Source: Pseudomonadota bacterium (lineage in GTDB: Bacteria > Bdellovibrionota_B > Oligoflexia > Oligoflexales > CAIMVM01). Taken from it: a stretch of 23,829 nt of DNA. The notes under the pieces are model-generated. The model saw only the letters and a list, made by a program, of their open reading frames with translations, did not search any database and was not told where the DNA came from. Every line of letters begins with the position of its first letter. Position 1 is the stretch's first letter. The translations under genes and the position numbers were made by a program. Shown in pieces: positions 9,913-17,665 of the stretch. Where the stretch lies: assembly GCA_037142195.1 (NCBI GenBank), contig JBAXBA010000055.1:1-23829 (forward strand). Direction: 5' to 3'.

Positions 9913-10215
9913 ACCTACTTCCTTAATTCTGGGAGTGCCAAGAAACGATCTTAGGAAATACTTAAAACAAAGCGTTGGAAGCACTCACCGTGCTCACCAT
10001 AAAGGTATTCGTAGGGCGAAGGATTCGAGCCTTTTTATTTTCCAAAAAAGATCCGAGGCTTGAGGACGGCCAGGTCCTAAATTTGGCATTCAGCCATGAG
10101 ACGCACGGATCGCCTATACTTTATATCCCGGGGCTTTGGGAGGACGAGCAAGTCGCTTCGCATTTCCCTAAGTTTCAAAAATTCATGAAATCAAAAGAAA
10201 ATCTAAGTCAGGGTT

Positions 10216-11199
10216 TTATTTTTTGGAAACTCCCAGTCTTTCCAACTCTGACCTGAAGGCAACTAAAGACGTAAATACTTTAACTTTTTCTAGTTTAGAA
10301 AGAATTTCTGAAACAGCATCTTCTACAGGGCCACCTATCCAAATCTCTTCACCATCTGACAGCTGATTCCTGAGGTCCGTCGCATATTCCAAAATAGTTT
10401 TCTGAGTCTCACCAGGTGGTAACTTCTGAATACCCACGACTGCACATTGAGCTCCATAGTGTTTCATAGCTAAGCTAAGATCGCGGGCTGGAAGATGGGG
10501 CCCTAAAAAATGCGCTTCGAGGCCAGCTAAATTAGCAGCTATACTGGCAATAACAGTGGCTATTTTATGATGATTTCCTTCTATAGTCGTAATAAGCAGC
10601 AAGGGACGCGGCCCACGAGTTACTCCTATACTCATACTTCGAATTTCAGAAGAGAGCACATAGAGTTCTTGCATAACGGCTTCTGTCGCTTGATGTTCCT
10701 GCCAAATTCGAAGCTTGCCGTGGAAACAGTATTCGCCAATTTGATGGAGAAGCAACGTCACAAAATCAAAAAGAAACGCTTCCACATTGAGGACCAGCCG
10801 AGCCTCTTTAATGCTATTTCTTACATCTTGGGGGTTTTCAGAGGAAAGTGACAGTATGGTTTTAGTTACTAGCTCCGATATTTTCTTGGAAAAGGTTTGG
10901 CTGGAAACTCCGTTTGCTAAGGAGTCGCGCACGCTCTCCTCGAAATATACCGAATCTATTTTAGAAACCAATGTTCTTAGCTTTTCAAGGGGCAAGGTTG
11001 CCACTTGAGATATGCCATGCCCACGTTCTACCAGCGTAACAATGAGCCTTACCCTATCTAAATCATCTTCAGAATAAAGCCTTCTATTAGTTAAGGATCG
11101 GTTAGGATCTACGACTCCGTATCTACGCTCCCATGCACGAAGTGTATGCTCATTGATTCCTGCCAAATTGCAGAATGATTTGATATTGTATTCTGCCAA
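10216..11199 (-). CDS. MerR-family transcriptional regulator with B12-binding domains (CarH/LitR-like)
   Basis: N-terminal MerR HTH (GINEHTLRAWERRYG...RRLYS), helical cap with IGE...QEH, Rossmann domain GNHHKIA...FLGPHLP...IWIGG. TTG start with GAGGAG SD. Confidence 0.88.
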   Translation of the reverse strand: MAEYNIKSFCNLAGINEHTLRAWERRYGVVDPNRSLTNRRLYSEDDLDRVRLIVTLVERGHGISQVATLPLEKLRTLVSKIDSVYFEESVRDSLANGVSSQTFSKKISELVTKTILSLSSENPQDVRNSIKEARLVLNVEAFLFDFVTLLLHQIGEYCFHGKLRIWQEHQATEAVMQELYVLSSEIRSMSIGVTRGPRPLLLITTIEGNHHKIATVIASIAANLAGLEAHFLGPHLPARDLSLAMKHYGAQCAVVGIQKLPPGETQKTILEYATDLRNQLSDGEEIWIGGPVEDAVSEILSKLEKVKVFTSLVAFRSELERLGVSKK

Positions 11200-11509
11200 A
11201 TAGATCTCCTCAAAATAAAGAAAAAGGGCCTCGAAGCAAAAGGCGAAGCCCCATATTTCTAAGATTCAAGTGCTGTTAAAAATAGCTTTCCTAGTCAAAA
11301 GGACCATAATTTCTTAACTGGCGACTCAAATAGTATACATCCTCATCCAAAATTACTAGTAGGTAAAGCACTTAATCAGAGTAAAATCAGCAACTAACCC
11401 AAAAAAACAAGCGATGGTTAGATCTTAAGTTCAATGGAAATTCTTCAAGCAGCCGTTGCCATCCTGATCCAGGGCTGCAAATCAAATAGGCACACCCTCA
11501 ATTCCTCAC

Positions 11510-11538
11510 TTGAAAACCGCAAAATAAACCCCTAACCT
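11510..11538 (+). promoter_or_regulatory. Putative sigma70 promoter for the S1 gene
   Basis: TTGAAA (11510-11515), 17-bp spacer, TAACCT (11533-11538). Confidence 0.5.
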
Positions 11539-11648
11539 CTGCTCTAGGATTTCAGAGGACACTTATAATATTGAGGTCCTAAGTACCAAACCTGCTCCAA
11601 AACAAGGAGCTCCCCATTTTCGTTTCATCTCTTTAAAAGGAAAAACAT

Positions 11649-13133
11649 ATGTCGATTAAAAATTTTGAAATTCAGTGGGAAGAAGACGATGGCGCCTTAA
11701 GCAGCTCACCTATACTCTCAAATGAATTTGCGTCACTACTTGCAAATGACACTCCTGCTGAAGATTCCTTTGACCGAGGAGAACTCGTCAAAGGCGTGAT
11801 AGCGAGTACGGGATCGGGAGATCTTGTGGTGGACCTTGGCGGCAAAACTTCTGCCATCCTTCTTCGCGATAGCGTGGAAGAATCAGAAACCTTTGAGCTG
11901 GGGCAGCAGATTTCAGCTTACGTGGTGGGATTCACAGATGGCTCTATTATTCTCTCTAAAACAATGACTTCAAAAATGAAGGGATCCGAAGCATTGGAGC
12001 AGGCCTACACCTCCAAGCTCTCGGTAAAAGGAAAAGTCATTAAGGCCAACAAGGGTGGTTTTGAAATTCAGATGGGATCTAAAGGGGCCTTTTGTCCTAT
12101 TTCCCAAATAGATTCCAAATTTGTTTCAGACACGGAAGAGTACATCGGTAAAGAATTTGAATTTTTAATCACCCAATACTCTCCCAGAAATATTGTTGTG
12201 TCTAGACAGGCCTTACTTCGCCTGAGAGAAAAGGAAATGATTCCAGCACTCATGGAACAAATCAAAACGGACCCTTTTGTAGCGGGTGTCGTGACCGAAC
12301 TGAAAGATTTTGGTGCCATAGTAAGTTTAGGCGGCCCACAGGGGATGATTCATATTTCAGAAGTGGCTTTTGGAAGGCTCAACCACCCCAGTGAGGTTTT
12401 AAAAGTTGGCGACAAAGTAAGAGTCAAAGTATTGTCCATTGAAGATGGTGACAAGCCGAGAATTTCACTTTCCTTAAAACAAGCAGGAACAGACCCCTGG
12501 TCTGAAGTTGAGACTCATTTAAAACTCCAGGAGTCCTATCCTGGAAAAGTAACGCGCCTTGCTGATTTTGGTGCCTTTGTGGAGCTACTTCCCGGTTTAG
12601 AAGGCCTGATTCATGTGTCCGAGATGTCTTGGAGTCGAGTTTCCCATCCCAAAGAAATTTTAAGTGTCGGTGCGCAAATTACCGTGCGCGTCGCAGCTAT
12701 TGATACCTCTAGCCGCCGTATTTCTCTTACTTTAAAAGATGCGGAAAGTGATCCTTGGCGAGATGCTGAGAATGTCTATAAAGTTGGAAGCTGTCATCAG
12801 GGAAAGGTTCAAAGCCTGAAAAGCAATGGAGCCTTTATTGAAGTGGGCAACTCTATCGTAGGATTTATTCCCCTTAGCCAATTGAAAGCAGCTTTTGGAG
12901 AAAACTACAGAAAACACGCCAGCCCTCCTAGAGAGCTTCAAGTTGAAGTGTCATTTTTAGACCTTCCGTCCAGAAAATTAGCCTTTAAAGTTCCAGGCGT
13001 GGGAGAAAGCGAATCATCAGATGCTGACTACAAAGAATATATTTCTATGGAAAAAGCAAAGCCTCAAGAATCAAAATCCACCGGAAGTTTTGGGGATCTC
13101 CTTAAATTAGCTTCCGACAAAAAAGGAAAATAA
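11649..13133 (+). CDS. rpsA: 30S ribosomal protein S1-like protein, about five S1 domains
   Basis: Repeated S1 motifs (KGKVIKANKGGFEI, DFGAIV..GMIHISE, DFGAFVEL..GLIHVSE, GAFIEV..GFIPLS) and a C-terminal GSFGDLLK tail. AAGGA SD. Could be a paralogue rather than the primary rpsA. Confidence 0.8.
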   Translation: MSIKNFEIQWEEDDGALSSSPILSNEFASLLANDTPAEDSFDRGELVKGVIASTGSGDLVVDLGGKTSAILLRDSVEESETFELGQQISAYVVGFTDGSIILSKTMTSKMKGSEALEQAYTSKLSVKGKVIKANKGGFEIQMGSKGAFCPISQIDSKFVSDTEEYIGKEFEFLITQYSPRNIVVSRQALLRLREKEMIPALMEQIKTDPFVAGVVTELKDFGAIVSLGGPQGMIHISEVAFGRLNHPSEVLKVGDKVRVKVLSIEDGDKPRISLSLKQAGTDPWSEVETHLKLQESYPGKVTRLADFGAFVELLPGLEGLIHVSEMSWSRVSHPKEILSVGAQITVRVAAIDTSSRRISLTLKDAESDPWRDAENVYKVGSCHQGKVQSLKSNGAFIEVGNSIVGFIPLSQLKAAFGENYRKHASPPRELQVEVSFLDLPSRKLAFKVPGVGESESSDADYKEYISMEKAKPQESKSTGSFGDLLKLASDKKGK

Positions 13134-13203
13134 GTTCTTTTTGCCGCTGATTCCTAAGATTTCGGAGTGAGCGACCTCATACCATTTCACTTGTATTTAC
13201 ACG

Positions 13204-13240
13204 CTTCAGCAGTTGCAAAAACGACTGCTGAAGTTTTTTT
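13204..13240 (+). terminator. Rho-independent terminator after S1 gene
   Basis: 12-bp stem CTTCAGCAGTTG / CGACTGCTGAAG (one G-U), 6-nt loop, T7 tract. Confidence 0.9.
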
Positions 13241-13637
13241 GGGGGCGCAGGAGTCTTGAGGTTTTTAGAAGTCTAGCAAAACATCTGTAATTTCCCGCCA
13301 AGCGTGGTAGAGACATCTTATTTACGGCTTCCAGAGGAAGGCTCATGATCCCAAGCCAGAGGACGCTCACATCTCCTTTTTCCTAGTCGCTAACGAAACC
13401 AAGATAGATTGTGAAATCCCCATAAACCCCCAACTCCCACCATAGATTCAGCCCGTTAAGCAACAAAAGCGTTCTCCTCTGCCTGACTGTAAGTCCCTAA
13501 TTTTGACTAAGCCTAATGGATTTCGACCGCAAGGCGGGCCTAAAGTTCGCCCTCATTACCATTCAGCGATATACTAGAACTTTAGGATCATACCACCACT
13601 TCTAAAGTTGCACCACCGTACAGGAACCCAAATATTC

Positions 13638-16112
13638 ATGCGTAGATTTGATTTTACAAAAAATATGATCGAGAAGTTTAAGACATTTAGATACGCAGTG
13701 AAAGAATTGATCCGCTGGATGACTAAAAAAGACTTCTACGCGGCGAGACTACAGTGTGGTGACTGCTCGATCGGGGTGATCGGACGGCATGGCGTTATAA
13801 ACGACCTCGTTCAAGTATTCCAATCCGAGGATCCCTTGATCGTTCTAGGACCCATGGGACGCAAAAAATGCCTAAAAAATTCCGGGGCTCTGGGGTCGAC
13901 CGATATCTTTCTACGAGAAATCCCACCCTGGCAAAGTGCTAAGAAAAGCGATGATTTCATTTATCAACCACTCATTGAACAATGCATCGACTTGACAGAT
14001 GGTTTTGACGCCTTTTTTGCAGGCGTAGATCGCAGCCAGAGACCTCGGGTCAAGGAATCCATAACCGCTGGCGACACCGTAGAGCTCAGCGATAGTCCTG
14101 AGGATATAGAAACTTTTTACAATCATTTCTTGCTGCCTACGGCGAAAGCCGGGCACGGCAGTCATGCCTCCATACCTCCTTTGCAGGATTTTTTGAATCT
14201 TTCTTCAGAAAACTGTCTGCTTCACATTAAAGACAGTGCCGGCGTCATTCAATTCACAGCTTTTATTTTTAAGAAGAAAAACTCTGAGTGGCGGTTGCTG
14301 AGGACCGGGGTCAACGATCAATCCCAGTTGGACAAACGCCGCAATGGTGTCCTGAGGTCTCGATGCTATGTAGAAGTAGCACACTATGCTATCGACTCAG
14401 GCCAAAAATCTCTGAGCCTTGGGCTCAGTCCAGCAGCAGCTGGAAACGGCATTTTTGGTTTTAAAGAAGATTTTAACGCCTACTATAGTCATAAATATTT
14501 GGTCTACCCGCGTTTTCTGGGATCGGCGCAAACCCCCCAAGGCGCTGAGAAAATGACAGAACTCAAGTTGTTGGTTCGACCTTGTATCGACCCCAGCAAA
14601 CTTACTCCCTTTAAAACTCCTGAAGAATTTACCTTGGGCAGCAACTCAAAAAATGCCCCTGATGAATCCCATGTAAGAGTCGTCAATACCTTTTTGCATA
14701 TGGGGATTGCAAGTGCCATAACCAGTGTCATGGGACTCGCACTTAAAATCGCCTTGCCACGCATGCTGGGGACAACCCAAATGGGTCAGCTCTATTTTGC
14801 GGAATCTATGGCTGCCATTTTTTTTGGTTTTATGCCTCTTGGTATCGCTTCCTATATAGCAAGAGAAGTACCTAAAAACCCAGAAGGAGGCGGAGGCATC
14901 CTCAGTACCGTGATTCCCTTTCAGTTGATTTTTGCAGCCATCCTGGCCTTGAGCATGCATGCATTTCTGCATTTCTCTGTAACCGACTCAGTAGCTCAAC
15001 AATGCGGATTTGCATTCGCGGTTTTTAGCGCTGCAATGGTCCTTCAGAGATACATTGTGGGGCGAACATACATTGCCCTTGGAAAATCAGCGATCATTGC
15101 CTCCAATGAAATTTGGACTCGTGTGATTCTGTTGTTTATAGTCGCTGCAGCGATTTTTTGGAAACCAACCGCTGTGACTGTGGCGTGGTCTTATGCCATC
15201 GCCCATGTGATCGGCATTTCGCTGTTGCTGCGCAAATCCTATACCGACAAAATGGTGAAGTGGTCCCCTGATTATTCACGCTTCAAAGAGATCGTTTGGA
15301 CAAGTCTTCCTTTTTTTGCGGTATCTGCTCTCATCGAAATTTATGGCAATGTTGATATTGCCATGCTTAACTATTTTTCAAATGGTGATGAAGTTGCCTT
15401 TTATGGTTCTGCAAACAAATTAAAGGGAGCAGCCTTAGTCTTTTTACCGATTTTTCAAGCCGCAGTTCAACCAGCTCTGGCGCGAACTTGGTTCGAAAAC
15501 AGAGAGAATTTTGCTACTTTCGTATCCCATGCCATGCGAATCGTGGTGGCTCTTTCCTTGCCTATCGTCATCCTCATGGTTTTGATCCCAGACTACCTTG
15601 CAACTACCATCTTTGGAGCAGAGTTTGCCAAATCCTCTCTTGCCATAGCTTGTGTAGCCCCCATATTGATACTTTCAAGCCTCAATGTTCTCATGGGCTC
15701 TTGTTTAAATGTTATCAGCAATGGGGTGTCCTTTCTCATTGTCACGACCATAAGTGTTCTGATGAATGCTGTCCTTAATGCTATTGCCATTTCCTATTCG
15801 GTGGGAAAATTTGGTCCTGGCGCAGGTGCTGCCGCTGCAGCGATTGCGACCGTTATTTCAGAAACATTTGTATTAGTGGCCATGCGCCGCATTTTCAAGG
15901 TGGGATTGGATCAAAAACAAATGTGGCTGATTATGTTAGCTTCCATAGCTCCCTGTGTCATCATTGGCGCCAACTACCAGGCGTTACTCTCTGTCAGTCC
16001 CTATCTGCGCATGGGAGCTGCAGCGATTCTTGTACCTCTATACATGTATGTTGTAAAACTTCTCCGACCTGGCGATATCCGCTGGATTATCAACACCAGG
16101 CGCCATAAATAG
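13638..16112 (+). CDS. Fusion of an N-terminal GNAT/FemAB-like soluble domain and a C-terminal Wzx/MOP-family oligosaccharide flippase (start uncertain: TTG 13608, ATG 13638 or ATG 13665)
   Basis: One uninterrupted ORF. The C-terminal ~480 aa are a multi-TM flippase (LPRMLGTTQMGQL, YIAREV, IYGNVDIAML..EVAFYGSA, IFGAEF, GAGAAAAA). The N-terminal ~350 aa are soluble, with IDL..GFDAF...R.RVK and LSLGLS...GIFGFKEDF patterns. Confidence 0.85.
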   Translation: MRRFDFTKNMIEKFKTFRYAVKELIRWMTKKDFYAARLQCGDCSIGVIGRHGVINDLVQVFQSEDPLIVLGPMGRKKCLKNSGALGSTDIFLREIPPWQSAKKSDDFIYQPLIEQCIDLTDGFDAFFAGVDRSQRPRVKESITAGDTVELSDSPEDIETFYNHFLLPTAKAGHGSHASIPPLQDFLNLSSENCLLHIKDSAGVIQFTAFIFKKKNSEWRLLRTGVNDQSQLDKRRNGVLRSRCYVEVAHYAIDSGQKSLSLGLSPAAAGNGIFGFKEDFNAYYSHKYLVYPRFLGSAQTPQGAEKMTELKLLVRPCIDPSKLTPFKTPEEFTLGSNSKNAPDESHVRVVNTFLHMGIASAITSVMGLALKIALPRMLGTTQMGQLYFAESMAAIFFGFMPLGIASYIAREVPKNPEGGGGILSTVIPFQLIFAAILALSMHAFLHFSVTDSVAQQCGFAFAVFSAAMVLQRYIVGRTYIALGKSAIIASNEIWTRVILLFIVAAAIFWKPTAVTVAWSYAIAHVIGISLLLRKSYTDKMVKWSPDYSRFKEIVWTSLPFFAVSALIEIYGNVDIAMLNYFSNGDEVAFYGSANKLKGAALVFLPIFQAAVQPALARTWFENRENFATFVSHAMRIVVALSLPIVILMVLIPDYLATTIFGAEFAKSSLAIACVAPILILSSLNVLMGSCLNVISNGVSFLIVTTISVLMNAVLNAIAISYSVGKFGPGAGAAAAAIATVISETFVLVAMRRIFKVGLDQKQMWLIMLASIAPCVIIGANYQALLSVSPYLRMGAAAILVPLYMYVVKLLRPGDIRWIINTRRHK

Positions 16113-16149
16113 AAAAAAAACAATGGAAAGTTCCCCTTAAAATGCTTTT

Positions 16150-16184
16150 AGAGCTGCTATTAACCACAATAGCAGCTCTTTTTT
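16150..16184 (+). terminator. Rho-independent terminator after the flippase fusion gene
   Basis: Perfect 12-bp stem AGAGCTGCTATT / AATAGCAGCTCT, 6-nt loop, then a T tract. Confidence 0.88.
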
Positions 16185-16430
16185 AATTTCTATCAGCCTA
16201 CCTTTGCCTATTTCGATAAGGACTCAAGCGTTAAACCTAGCCTTTGATCAGGGATCCATAGAAGCAATGGTGGACACGAGCTCTAAGGAAAGGCTAAATC
16301 ACTCTTGGACTCAGCCCGCAAATGCAAAGCCTTACCTTTAATAAATTTATCCAAAATATAGAAATTCTAGCCACGTAAAGCTACCTTCGACGAATTTTCC
16401 AATACTTCTTTAGACCGTACATCTTTCCAT

Positions 16431-16470
16431 AAAAAAACTGCTAGGAGTCCACATCATGAACTCCTAGCAG
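16431..16470 (-). terminator. Rho-independent terminator after the lipoprotein gene
   Basis: 11-bp stem CTGCTAGGAGT (16438-16448) / ACTCCTAGCAG (16460-16470). A7 at 16431-16437 gives a U tract on the minus strand. Confidence 0.85.
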
Positions 16471-16530
16471 AAAAATTTTAAAAACAACGCACTAGAAAGA
16501 ACCAGATACTTAAAATTTAAAGGAGTGGGA

Positions 16531-17142
16531 CTACTTCTTCTCTGTCCAGATATAGCGAAGAGTGGAAAGACTTTCATCAGCTCCACACCCTGTGGTAGTA
16601 GCGGTGAGCTCAGGAATTTTACTTGTATAACCCGTAGCTGGGGCTCCCGAAATGGTGAGGGTGGCTCCCGTAGTGTCTAGCGTCACATCTTGAAACAGAG
16701 CGGTGCTTTTTATACCAAGGGTCGCCTTGCCCACTTCAGCAGTACCACTCAGAGTCGTTACCGTAAGGGTACAATCAGCCGGCTCAAAAGCGTAAGTGGT
16801 CTTTAAAGAGAGACCTAACTTTCCATCTGCATTTGACTTAATACCGGTAGTTATGGTCAGCTTGCAGTCAGCATCCTTTTGAACTTCGACGAGTGCATCG
16901 CCTATGGTCACAGTTCGCTCAGTAAGGTCTGTAAACTTGCGAAACTGTGCTGCTTGATCGGAGACGCCAAAGGTAGGCTCACGCTTTTGATCATCACAAA
17001 ATGGGCCCGTTATCGTGTAGGAACCTTTCGTAACGGCGTCACTTGAACTTGAGTCATCACTTTCTTTGGAGCAGCCAAAAAACGAGGACGTTAGCACACC
17101 GAGTATTACAAATCGGATCTTCTGATTATGGGTGAGTTTCAT
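16531..17142 (-). CDS. Hypothetical lipoprotein, Thr-rich, probably beta-rich
   Basis: AAGGA SD, signal peptide with FFG-C lipobox, Ser/Asp tether, four further Cys, own terminator. Confidence 0.85.
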   Translation of the reverse strand: MKLTHNQKIRFVILGVLTSSFFGCSKESDDSSSSDAVTKGSYTITGPFCDDQKREPTFGVSDQAAQFRKFTDLTERTVTIGDALVEVQKDADCKLTITTGIKSNADGKLGLSLKTTYAFEPADCTLTVTTLSGTAEVGKATLGIKSTALFQDVTLDTTGATLTISGAPATGYTSKIPELTATTTGCGADESLSTLRYIWTEKK

Positions 17143-17410
17143 CGGCGAGTTCCTTAAAAATGAGCATTAACAATTTTAACAATTACTCATCAGTTTAAAC
17201 TTCGCAGGGACCTAAATCAATCCAAGCTCATAAATAAATCTGATGGTGTGACTATAAGTGCGCCATTGTGGTTTGGGCTTAGGAGCTCATCTTCTAAATA
17301 GTACTGATTTTGTATTCTCAAAGTATGTATTTCCATTCCAAAACTCTCAATCCAAACGAATGATTTTGATAAGACATGAGAAAAGAACCACACTTCGACT
17401 TTGTAACGCA

Positions 17411-17450
17411 TGGGTAATCATTGGCAATAATGGGTAATCTTGGGGAATAA
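17411..17450. repeat. 20-bp tandem direct repeat x2 in a divergent intergenic region
   Basis: TGGGTAATCATTGGCAATAA / TGGGTAATCTTGGGGAATAA, 17/20 identical. Confidence 0.75.
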
Positions 17451-17665
17451 TAAATGCAGCGTCTCCTCTGACTTAACCTGCTCCCTTTACACTCGGTATC
17501 TCTCCAATTCCAGTAGGAAAACAGCGAAGACCTCAGAGATTTGGGTGTCATTACTCATACTCAAGGACTATGACCTGGTGGGAAAGCATTAGGGTCAAAT
17601 ACTCAAGAAATTATTTTCTTTACCGATGCCTCCCATAGGAATGGATTCCATTCATGGAGTTTTTG

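Noticed and set aside
9975..10256. 93-aa ORF after parC
   Set aside because: TTG start without SD, overlaps the 3' end of the MerR gene, no recognisable domain.
11200..11400. CarH-type 11-bp direct-repeat operator upstream of the MerR gene
   Set aside because: Only a single TATACA; no convincing tandem array.
13345..13386. 13-codon ORF (MIPSQRTLTSPFS) with purine-rich SD as a leader peptide for the flippase fusion
   Set aside because: No attenuator structure or amino-acid run seen; expected by chance.
13525..13555. GCAAGGCGGGCCTAAAGTTCGCC as a c-di-GMP-I riboswitch or ops element
   Set aside because: Lacks the P1 GNRA/receptor architecture and does not match the ops consensus; only a weak G-U-rich hairpin.
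17217..17551. Two short overlapping minus-strand ORFs (64 and 77 aa)
   Set aside because: No convincing SD or family; they lie in the divergent promoter region.
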